A stretch of DNA of 64,000 bases from Thermoanaerobaculia bacterium (lineage in GTDB: Bacteria > Acidobacteriota > Thermoanaerobaculia > Gp7-AA8): NCBI GenBank assembly GCA_041748075.1, contig JBGTDX010000118.1:66730-130729 (forward strand), written 5' to 3'. Within the stretch, counting starts at the first letter, position 1, and every line of letters starts with the position of its first letter. A model generated the notes under the pieces. It was not told the origin of the DNA. It searched no databases and was given only the letters and a program-made list of their open reading frames with translations. This document shows positions 56,637-64,000 of the stretch, in pieces. A program made the translations under genes and the position numbers.

Positions 56637-57634
56637 CGAGAGAGTCTCCGCAGCAGCACGAAAAAGAAGGGTACGCCGAGTAGCGCCGTGAGTGCCCCGA
56701 TGGGGAGCTCACCCGGCGCCATGATCGAGCGCGAGAGCGCATCGGCGAGCACGAGCAGCGTGCCACCACCCAGCGCCGCCAGCGGGAGCAGCACCCGGTA
56801 ATCGTGCTTCCAGATCATGCGGATCGCATGCGGCACGAGCAGCCCGACGAAACCGATGATGCCGCTCACGGATACCGCGGCTCCCGTCGCCAGGGACGAC
56901 ACGAGAAACACCATCAGGATCACAGGGGTCGTGTTGACTCCGCGCGATCGCGCATCGTCCTCGCCGAACGCCATGAGTCGCAACTCGCCGCTGAGGGCAA
57001 CCAGGGCGACCAGGCTGAATGCGAGCACCGCGGACAACATCGCCACATCACTCCACGAGGCGCTGAAGAACGTCCCCATCATCCACCGCAACGCCGCCGA
57101 CAGATCACTTCCCGCCGTCAGCGAGAGGGCCAGCAGTATCAGCGCCGAAAAAAATGCATTCAACACGAGACCCGCCAGCAACAGCCTCGATGGATCGAGC
57201 GTCAACTCTCTTCGGGCAAGCATCAGTACTGCGACCATCGCAACGCAGGCGCCGCCGAATGCCACCACCGGGATCACGCCAGGATACCGGGCGAGTCCCA
57301 GCGCCGTGGCCACGGCGGCGCCGCACGCCGCGCCTCCGGATACTCCGAGAATGAACGGGTCTGCCAGCGGATTCCGCAGTAGCGTCTGAAATGTCAAACC
57401 CGTCACCGCCAATATGGCTCCCACCAGCGCCGCGAGAAGCACGCGGGGCAGACGGATCGTGAGAAAGATCGTCTCCGCAATCGGATCTCTCGCGATGAGC
57501 GCGGCGAGAGATACCCGGGCCGCACCCAATTGCGTGGCGAGCGCAATGGCAAGGACCAGCGCCAATCCCAGGATCAGCACACCGTTCCAAAGCGCGCGCC
57601 TGGCGCCCGTATCGCTCAACGCATACGTTCCCAT
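56633..57634 (-). CDS. FecCD-family ABC importer permease (iron-siderophore / cobalamin type).
   Basis: About 10 TM helices. FecCD-type GVSGGAACGAA and IGFVGLLVPH blocks. Confidence 0.85.
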   Translation of the reverse strand: MGTYALSDTGARRALWNGVLILGLALVLAIALATQLGAARVSLAALIARDPIAETIFLTIRLPRVLLAALVGAILAVTGLTFQTLLRNPLADPFILGVSGGAACGAAVATALGLARYPGVIPVVAFGGACVAMVAVLMLARRELTLDPSRLLLAGLVLNAFFSALILLALSLTAGSDLSAALRWMMGTFFSASWSDVAMLSAVLAFSLVALVALSGELRLMAFGEDDARSRGVNTTPVILMVFLVSSLATGAAVSVSGIIGFVGLLVPHAIRMIWKHDYRVLLPLAALGGGTLLVLADALSRSIMAPGELPIGALTALLGVPFFFVLLRRLSR

Positions 57635-58473
57635 TCGTCGACGATCCTGTTGATAGCCGCAGCCGCTTCCGGCAGCCGGGGGCCCGGTCGCATGAACAGA
57701 TCCTCGTCCACTGAATGCGCCGTGACGGGTCTCCCCTCGCGGCGGGCGTTCAGCAGCGTCACGAGAGCGTCGGGAGGCGCAGCCCTGCCCGGATAAAAAA
57801 TCATATCCGGGGGATTCGCAACGACGGCCTCCCTCGAATAAAGCGAGCGCTGGTTGCCCGCGGCGGCCACATTCACAACCCCCGTGAGCGCGAGCAGATC
57901 CCCGAGATGCGTTTCAGGCACAGCGACGTACAGCGGATCGGGGAAGATGACGAAAAGGACGCGCGGTTTGCTGCCGCGCGTGCGTCGCTCCGCCTCCATT
58001 CTGCGCTCGAACTCCACACGAACATCGTTTGCACGCGGCGATCCGAGGATCTCGCCGATTCGCGAGATTGCGGGCGCGACCTCGTGCAGGCGGTCGGTAC
58101 GGACCGCATAGAGAGCGATGTCCATGGACTCGAGAGCCACAGCGAGCTGTGGATGCATCGCGCTGGTCGACGCGAGCACCAGGTCCGGATCGAGTTGCGC
58201 GATCCGCTCCCTGCTCGGCTCCATGCCTCCTACTTTCGGCAGTGCGGCAGCCTGGGGCGGAAAGTCCGAATAGTCATCGGTGCCGGCGAGCAGAGCCCCC
58301 GACCCGATCGCGTGCACGATCTCGGTTAGCGCGGGCGCAAGTGTAATCACCCGCGAGACCTGCTGAGGAAGAGCGACGCGCCGGCCCAGGTCGTCGACCG
58401 TCTCGCCGCTCCGGCGCTCGGTGCAGGAGGCGAGGAGCACCAGAAAAGGCGCGGCGATGCGTAGGAGTCGCAC
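57616..58473 (-). CDS. ABC importer periplasmic substrate-binding lipoprotein (BtuF/FhuD-like).
   Basis: GTG start. Lipobox LVLLASCT. RVITLAPALTEIV...DPDLVLAST pattern of class III substrate-binding proteins. Confidence 0.75.
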   Translation of the reverse strand: MRLLRIAAPFLVLLASCTERRSGETVDDLGRRVALPQQVSRVITLAPALTEIVHAIGSGALLAGTDDYSDFPPQAAALPKVGGMEPSRERIAQLDPDLVLASTSAMHPQLAVALESMDIALYAVRTDRLHEVAPAISRIGEILGSPRANDVRVEFERRMEAERRTRGSKPRVLFVIFPDPLYVAVPETHLGDLLALTGVVNVAAAGNQRSLYSREAVVANPPDMIFYPGRAAPPDALVTLLNARREGRPVTAHSVDEDLFMRPGPRLPEAAAAINRIVDEWERMR

Positions 58474-58481
58474 GATTGTTC

Positions 58482-58725
58482 CTAGTGTCCCGAGCTACCT
58501 AACCGGCGCTGGGCGCCGGTGAAGGGGTGATGAACCACCGTGTCATGCTGAGCGAGGTCACGTCATCCTGAGCGAAGCGAAGGATGACACATCGGTAGGT
58601 TTCCGCGACAGGGTTCCTTACAAGCGGCTGAATGACAATCCCGTCATTGCGGGCGAGCGATGAACCAGGCGTCATCCTGAGAGACTGTGAATTAATTGGA
58701 CAGAAGTGTCATCCCGATCCTCTGG
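58482..58725. repeat. Cluster of degenerate R1-family palindromic units (gtcatgctgagcgaggtcacgtcatcctgagcgaagcgaaggatgac ...; gtcatcctgagag...gtgtcatcccg) plus a conserved about 50-nt element shared with 3062-3112.
   Basis: Seen directly. Lies in the 5' region of the ABC substrate-binding gene. Confidence 0.6.
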
Positions 58726-58755
58726 AAAGCAATCGGAAACCGCAGGATCGCGACT

Positions 58756-58986
58756 TCAGCCCTGTTCACCAGTTTCGTCGTCGAGATCGTTCGGAATGCC
58801 GAGACGGTTGCACGCAGCCTCGTACATCTGCCTGGAGGCATTGATCGCATTCTGCAGATCGGCAATTCTGTCTTTCACCTTCGAGAGCTCTTCCTCTATC
58901 TGGACCTGAAGATCACCAATCTCCTGTTTGGTCACCTGGAGCGTCGTCTCGTAGAACTTTCGTTGCTGGTCGGTCAGCACCGCCAT
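58756..58986 (-). CDS. Hypothetical small coiled-coil protein (76 aa).
   Basis: ORF only; heptad-like LQVTKQEIGDLQVQIEEELSKVKDRIADLQNAI. Confidence 0.3.
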   Translation of the reverse strand: MAVLTDQQRKFYETTLQVTKQEIGDLQVQIEEELSKVKDRIADLQNAINASRQMYEAACNRLGIPNDLDDETGEQG

Positions 58987-59035
58987 GAAGTGAAACCTCC
59001 GATCGACAGCAGGTCCAGCCTGCTCTCTCGCGTGA

Positions 59036-61762
59036 TTATAGCTTGAACGGCACGGTGACGTTCTTATAGGCTTTCACGCGAACTCCGTTCACGGTGGCAG
59101 GCTTGAACGTGGATCGCCGGACGGCGTCGAGCGCCGCCTCGTTGATACCGACGTTCTGTGCAACACCACGGAGAACCCGCACATCGAGAACTTTGCCATC
59201 TTCGGAGACGAGCGCAGAGACGATCACGACACCCTCGACCTTGTGCATTTTGGCCATCGGCGGGTATGGCGGTCTGTACTGCTTGATGACAGCTGCCTGT
59301 ACCAGGCCGGGCGTGCTCGCATCGACCAGGTCTCCCTGCCGGACCGGAACGGGGGCGGCAACCGGCGTCGCCTGCGCGACCGCGGGAGTCTGCACCGGCG
59401 TCGGCACCGGAGTCGAGACCGGCACCACTGGAGGAGGCGCAGGCGTCGCTTCGATGACCGGGGTTGCAACAGGAACCGCGGTCTGAGTGAGCTCAGGCGC
59501 CTGCACGGCCGAGGCGGCCGTCGGAACTGCCGCCGGCTGTTTCTGCGGACGACTGGCGGCCAACTGCAGTGCACGCTGATTCTCGAGGCGCAGCCCCTCG
59601 GCTTCGAGTCTTCGCTGGACTTCCTGATCGACGCGTGCCTGATCGCTTCCGTCGATGACAGTCGGGTCGACTGTTTCGCTCACGGGGAGTGCTTCACCCC
59701 CTGAAACGAGCGGCGCCTGATTCGCGGGAACCGGCACCGTCCGCTGCACCGGCGCCGCAGTCGAGGCCATCAGCGCCGGGGTCTGGTCATTGCTCCGTCC
59801 ATTCCAGACGATGTACGAAGCCGTGGCCGCGGTGGTAATCAGCAGAAGAATTCCAGCGGCTATCGGGACGATTCCGAACCTTCTTTTCTTTGCGGGCTCC
59901 GAAGCGGTGAACATCACCGGTGTCGCTATTGCCGGCTGGGGCTGGGGCTCGGGCTCGGGTTCAGCAGTGATTGCGGGCTCGGCCACAAGCTCGGACGGCA
60001 TTTCAATGTCCGCGGTTTCCTGAATCGATTCGACCGGGGTCAGGCCCGCATCACCGGCTTCAGACAATGGATCCGGCTCGTCTGCAACAGCAGGGTCGGC
60101 CACGCTCACCGAATCGGGGGTGTAGAGATGATGCATGTAGATCGCGACATCGGCGTTCGTCGGCGTCGGCCAGAAGTTGTAGACGATCGCATCGAGATCC
60201 TTCACGAGCTCGCCGGCGGTCTGGTACCGGGAAGACGGCTCTCCCTGGAGCGCCTTCATGACGATCGCATCGATTTCGGGGGTGACATCTTCATTGAGCG
60301 TCGAAGGGGCCACGACGCGAGCCTGACGCACCTGCTCGAGGACCGACAGCTCGTTCTCGCCGACGAAGAGCTTGCGGCCCGTGAGAAGCTCGAACAACAC
60401 CGTGCCGAGAGCAAAGATGTCGGATCGCCGATCGATCCGGCGTCCCCACGCCTGTTCGGGCGACATGTACTGCAGCTTGCCTTTGAGCGCACCGGAAAGC
60501 GTGTGAGAGGCCTTCGACGCCGCCTTCGCAATACCGAAGTCGCAGAGTTTGATGTCCCCTTCGTAGGAGATCAGGACATTCTGAGGGGAGACGTCGCGAT
60601 GGACCAGCTCCATCTCCTTCTCATCGAAGTCGCGTTTGCGATGCGCATAGTCGAGTGCTGCCGCCGTTTTCGAAGCGATGAAGAGCGCCAGTTCCACCGG
60701 AAGTCTCTGGTCGCGCTCCTCGGCGGTATTCATGATCGACTTCAGGTCATGACCGTCGATGTACTCCATCGCAATGTAGTAAGACTTGGCGATCCGGCCC
60801 AGATCGTAAATGTGAATGATGTTGCTGTGATTGAGCTGTGCCGCGAGCTTGGCTTCGTCCACGAACATCTCGACGAAGTCGGAGTTGTCGGACAGGTGCG
60901 GAAGAATCTTCTTGATAGCGACGATCTTCTGGAAGCCCTCGACTCCGCGCATCCGCGCCTTCCAGACTTCGGCCATACCGCCACTCGCGATCTTTTCGAG
61001 GAGCACGTACTGGCCGAAGCGGATTCCGTCGGAGGTGTCATCATCGTGGCGTTCCTCAGCGGAACCATCTTCGGGCAACGCAGCTGTATGAAAAGCGGAT
61101 GCATCCTCTGCGCGCCGCTTCTCCAGCCCAGAGAGTGTGTCCTCGAGCAGCTTGTCGAGGTCGACCAGCTGCGAGCCGGGCTTCGTCTCGACCGGTTCGT
61201 CCGTGGCCGGTTTGCGCGTGAGAGGAATCCGGACGCCCGCAAGGGTGTCTGCAACCATCTTGTCCACGTCCTCGAACGTGCTTCGAGATTTTTTCTTTGC
61301 GGCGCTCACAGCCTGCTGCCCGGCAGCGACCTTCAACTGGCGATCGAGCTCTTCTCCGATGTCGGCCGAAGTCCATCCGCTGCCGCCGCGGTCGAGACCG
61401 AGCATCTCCTGTACTTTTCCGAAGAATTCAGTTTCCGAATAAGGCTTGGGCAGCAGATCCGACGCTCCCAGCCGCACGGCGTCCGCCTTGGGCGTCTTGC
61501 CGTTGTAGCCGGAGATGGTGACGAGGATCGGCGTCGCGGCGGCCGCGGGTCGGTTTCGGATCTGGCGAATGAGATCGCCTGTGCTTATTCTCGGAAGGAT
61601 GGACGACAGAACGATGAGGCGGGGAGATGCCGTGTCGAGAGCCTTGAGTGCTTCCTCGCCATCGCGGGCGAAGATGGGGGTGACGGGGTGGGACGAAACA
61701 GCCTGTCTGATCCGGTCGATGTAACGCGGTTCATACTCTACGACCAGAATCTGTTCAGCCAT
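59036..61762 (-). CDS. Multidomain fusion: N-terminal receiver (REC) domain, Hanks-type Ser/Thr protein kinase, TM helix, Pro/Ala-rich linker, and TonB C-terminal domain.
   Basis: Kinase: GQYVLLEKIASGGMAEVWKA (Gly loop), VAIKK, HRDVSPQNVLI, DFGIAKA, SPEQAWG. TM FGIVPIAAGILLLITTAATASYIVW. Linker PAPPPVVPVSTPVPTPVQTPAV. TonB_C-like ...QYRPPYPPMAKMHKVEGVVIVSALVSEDGKVLDVRVLRG...AALDAVRRSTFKPATVNG. REC details are in the fusion-protein finding. Confidence 0.8.
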   Translation of the reverse strand: MAEQILVVEYEPRYIDRIRQAVSSHPVTPIFARDGEEALKALDTASPRLIVLSSILPRISTGDLIRQIRNRPAAAATPILVTISGYNGKTPKADAVRLGASDLLPKPYSETEFFGKVQEMLGLDRGGSGWTSADIGEELDRQLKVAAGQQAVSAAKKKSRSTFEDVDKMVADTLAGVRIPLTRKPATDEPVETKPGSQLVDLDKLLEDTLSGLEKRRAEDASAFHTAALPEDGSAEERHDDDTSDGIRFGQYVLLEKIASGGMAEVWKARMRGVEGFQKIVAIKKILPHLSDNSDFVEMFVDEAKLAAQLNHSNIIHIYDLGRIAKSYYIAMEYIDGHDLKSIMNTAEERDQRLPVELALFIASKTAAALDYAHRKRDFDEKEMELVHRDVSPQNVLISYEGDIKLCDFGIAKAASKASHTLSGALKGKLQYMSPEQAWGRRIDRRSDIFALGTVLFELLTGRKLFVGENELSVLEQVRQARVVAPSTLNEDVTPEIDAIVMKALQGEPSSRYQTAGELVKDLDAIVYNFWPTPTNADVAIYMHHLYTPDSVSVADPAVADEPDPLSEAGDAGLTPVESIQETADIEMPSELVAEPAITAEPEPEPQPQPAIATPVMFTASEPAKKRRFGIVPIAAGILLLITTAATASYIVWNGRSNDQTPALMASTAAPVQRTVPVPANQAPLVSGGEALPVSETVDPTVIDGSDQARVDQEVQRRLEAEGLRLENQRALQLAASRPQKQPAAVPTAASAVQAPELTQTAVPVATPVIEATPAPPPVVPVSTPVPTPVQTPAVAQATPVAAPVPVRQGDLVDASTPGLVQAAVIKQYRPPYPPMAKMHKVEGVVIVSALVSEDGKVLDVRVLRGVAQNVGINEAALDAVRRSTFKPATVNGVRVKAYKNVTVPFKL

Positions 61763-61844
61763 TGCTCTCGCCTCCCCTCCTCTCCTTGGATCTACTGATG
61801 ATTGTCACATAAAACAGCAGTCAGGGGCCAGTGGTGTTCGAGGG

Positions 61845-61898
61845 CTAGTGTCCTGTAACGGTGAAATCGCTAGCGATTTCACCGTTACAGGACACTAG
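61845..61898. repeat. Perfect 54-bp palindrome CTAGTGTCCTGTAACGGTGAAATCGCT|AGCGATTTCACCGTTACAGGACACTAG, between the divergent kinase-fusion and rho genes.
   Basis: 27+27 nt exact inverted repeat read directly. The 9-mer CTAGTGTCC recurs at 53539 and 58482. Confidence 0.95.
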
Positions 61899-61959
61899 TC
61901 GCGGGGGCGGGCAAAAAGTATACAGGCAGCCCGCAGGTCCATGAGCCGGACTCAGGCGA

Positions 61960-62225
61960 AAGCCTCTCGTGCCTGGCCCTGACTCCTCCCTGCTCGTCTC
62001 TGGTTCACACCCCTTGCGTTTTCGCTCTATCTACGGTCTACTGTCGTCCGTCGACTTTGCCCTTGCGTTCCGTCCCGCGAGTTCCGCTAGACTGAGGTGG
62101 CACTTTCGTGCGACGAGTTTGTTAAGGCTTCCTTGCCAGGCGTCGAGACAGCAGGCTCCGCCGCGATGTCGTCAGGAACTCCCGCAGTCAGGAGAAATCG
62201 AGCATAACGATGAATTTTACATTGC
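61960..62225 (+). promoter_or_regulatory. Long C-rich, G-poor 5' leader of rho (candidate rut-like autoregulatory leader).
   Basis: ctcctccctgctcgtctctggttcacaccccttgcgttttcgctctatctacggtctactgtcgtccgtcgactttgcccttgcgttccgtcccgc is strongly C>G. Rho genes commonly have attenuating leaders. Confidence 0.35.
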
Positions 62226-63590
62226 ATGACACCACCAGAAAATCGACCACCGCGTAGGCGTCGCAGGCGCAGGCGTCGCGCCCCGGGTAATTCCGCCGGC
62301 GCGCCGGGTTCCGGCAACGCCGCCACGACAGCCTCTCCTCAGGAAGACCAGGCTTCCCGGCCTCAACCGGAAGGTCGTGCGCGAGGGAACGCTCCCAGGA
62401 AAAAACGTTCGCGGAGTCGCGGGGGCCGTTCCCGCGAGAGCGAATCGATGCAGGACAGCTCCAGTCAGCCCGACAGCGGTCCGACCGGGGAGCTCGTTCC
62501 GGCCAGCGGCGTTCTTCACATCAAACCCAACGGAAACGGCGTGCTCGTCAACGCGGGGAACAATTACGTCATTCAGCCGGGCGACCCGCTGGTGCCGAGG
62601 GGTACAATCGAGAAACTGCACCTTCAGCCGGGCCTGCAGCTCACGGGCACGGCAAGACGGACGCACAACGGTCTCGAACTGATCGGGCTGGAACAGATCG
62701 AAGGGATGGCGGTCGACGACTTCCGCGAATCGCGCCATCCGTTCTCCGAGCTGATCTCGATCGATCCGAACGAGATGTTCAAGCTCGAGACCGAACCGGA
62801 TCGCCTGACCACACGGGTGCTCGATCTGTTTGCGCCGCTCGGCAAAGGGCAGCGCTGCCTCATCGTCGCACCGCCAAAGACGGGAAAGACGACCCTGCTG
62901 AAGGACATCGCGCACGGGATCAACGTCAATCACCCTGACGTGATCCTCATGGTGCTCCTCGTGGACGAGAGACCGGAAGAGGTCACCGACTTCCGGCGCT
63001 CGGTAGCTCAGGGCGAAGTGATCGCGTCGAGCTCCGACGAGACCGCAGAGAACCACATCATGATCGCTGAGGTCGTACTCGAGCGGGCGCGACGGCTGGT
63101 CGAGATGAAGAAGGATGTCGTCATTCTCTGTGACTCGATCACCCGAATGTCCCGGGCGTACAATAATGAGCAGCGCGGGAGCGGGAAGATCCTCTCCGGC
63201 GGCATCGACGCCCGAACCATGGAAAAGCCACGGCGATTCTTCGGCGCGGCCCGGAACGCCGAAGACTGGGGCTCCCTGACGATCGTTGCCACCGCGCTGG
63301 TCGACACGGGATCCCGAATGGACGAGGTCATCTTCCAGGAGTTCAAGGGAACGGGAAACACCGAGATCGTACTGGACCGCGGGCTGTTCGAAAGGCGTAT
63401 ATTTCCGGCGATGAACATCGCGCAGACCGGCACCCGGAAAGAGGAGAAGCTGCTCGATCCGGAAGTGTTACCGAAAGTTCACACACTGAGGCGGGCGCTG
63501 GCGGGAACGGATGCCACGACAGCGATGAAAATGCTGCTCGAGAAGCTCCAGAAGTTCAAGTCGAATGAAGCGTTTCTGAAGAGCTTCTGA
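62226..63590 (+). CDS. rho: Transcription termination factor Rho with an Arg-rich low-complexity N-terminal extension.
   Basis: CSD-like VLHIKPNGNGVLV...YVIQPGDPLV; Q/R loops; Walker A APPKTGKTTLL. N-terminal PRRRRRRRRRAPG... Alternative start at ATG 62448. Confidence 0.9.
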   Translation: MTPPENRPPRRRRRRRRRAPGNSAGAPGSGNAATTASPQEDQASRPQPEGRARGNAPRKKRSRSRGGRSRESESMQDSSSQPDSGPTGELVPASGVLHIKPNGNGVLVNAGNNYVIQPGDPLVPRGTIEKLHLQPGLQLTGTARRTHNGLELIGLEQIEGMAVDDFRESRHPFSELISIDPNEMFKLETEPDRLTTRVLDLFAPLGKGQRCLIVAPPKTGKTTLLKDIAHGINVNHPDVILMVLLVDERPEEVTDFRRSVAQGEVIASSSDETAENHIMIAEVVLERARRLVEMKKDVVILCDSITRMSRAYNNEQRGSGKILSGGIDARTMEKPRRFFGAARNAEDWGSLTIVATALVDTGSRMDEVIFQEFKGTGNTEIVLDRGLFERRIFPAMNIAQTGTRKEEKLLDPEVLPKVHTLRRALAGTDATTAMKMLLEKLQKFKSNEAFLKSF

Positions 63591-63793
63591 GGTGCGGGGC
63601 CAAGGCGGAAAATCTCTTCGTTTCGCGAGGATTCCGCGATACCCTGTGTGGACTTTACATCCTCTTTACACCGGTCCGAATCGAATTCAATGACGCTCAG
63701 GTAAGTTGATGCCGCCTAGCTATTTTCAGCGCACGACGCGATGCGCGAAGTCCATCAGAACTTAACGTTGTCAGTCATCAAATTAGGGGGATT

Positions 63794-64000
63794 CATGTTT
63801 GCTCGTATACGAACCATCGCATTAATCACGATGTGCAGCGCATTGCTCGCCTTGGGCGCGTTTGCCCAGACGTCATCGACGACGGGCGAAATCAACGGAA
63901 GCGTCACCGATAGCGGGGGCTCCGCGCTGCCAGGTGTGACGGTAACGGCGAGGAATGTCGCGACTGGGTTGACCCGCACGACATATACCGAAAGCGGTGG
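63794..64000 (+). CDS. TonB-dependent receptor-like outer-membrane protein, N-terminus only (signal peptide plus carboxypeptidase-regulatory-like domain); 3'-partial at the window edge.
   Basis: MFARIRTIALITMCSALLALGAFAQTSSTTGEINGSVTDSGGSALPGVTVTARNVATGLTRTTYTESGG. GGGGGA Shine-Dalgarno. No stop before the window end, so it is absent from the ORF track. Confidence 0.55.

Noticed and set aside
58474-58725. Possible cobalamin (B12) riboswitch upstream of the BtuF/FecB-like substrate-binding gene
   Set aside because: Reverse-complemented, the leader lacks a recognisable B12 box (GCCACTG) and the conserved core of cobalamin riboswitches. The sequence is instead explained by R1-family palindromic repeats. 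Would need cmsearch with RF00174 to be sure.

Overview
This 64 kb window is high-GC bacterial chromosomal DNA. The Acidobacteria-like impression (e.g. a carboxypeptidase-regulatory-type TonB receptor N-terminus at the 3' edge) is inference only. It contains two type IV pilus / type II secretion-like loci, one atypical and one conventional.

Locus 1 (plus strand, about 1-22100):
- A partial divergent pseudopilin at the 5' edge.
- pilD translationally coupled to a sensor histidine kinase.
- Four minor pseudopilins: GspH-like, PilV-like, a 1007-aa FN3-containing giant and a 733-aa PilX-like protein.
- A toxin-antitoxin/Uma2 island bracketed by structured repeats.
- pilC (GspF) before pilB (GspE), then pilM/N/O.
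- A PilP carrying a thrombospondin-type-3 Ca-binding repeat.
- A secretin with a about 260-aa C-terminal extension.
- Three GspG-like pilins in tandem. The second and third have leader peptides encoded across long inverted arrays of heptanucleotide tandem repeats, i.e. large hairpins that could act as phase or translational switches.

Locus 2 (minus strand, 43163-52834) is a conventional pilMNOPQ set with an AMIN-type secretin, next to roadblock/LC7 (MglB-like) and TPR proteins.

Between and after the two loci:
- Housekeeping genes: M16 peptidase, L,D-transpeptidase, recN, ThiF/MoeB, tsaC, mgtE, hemQ-like, cdd, amidohydrolase, phosphodiesterase, aroK, thiE, accBC, rpmB, relA/spoT, rho.
- A sigma-54 activator operon with a FecR-domain/aromatic-repeat protein.
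- A FecCDE/BtuF-type ABC importer.
- An unusual receiver - Ser/Thr kinase - TM - TonB-C-terminal fusion protein.
- Several dispersed palindromic repeat families, including a perfect 54-bp palindrome.

No rRNA, tRNA or CRISPR array was recognised. Coordinates read from the printed text may be off by 1 nt; those tied to the ORF track are exact.
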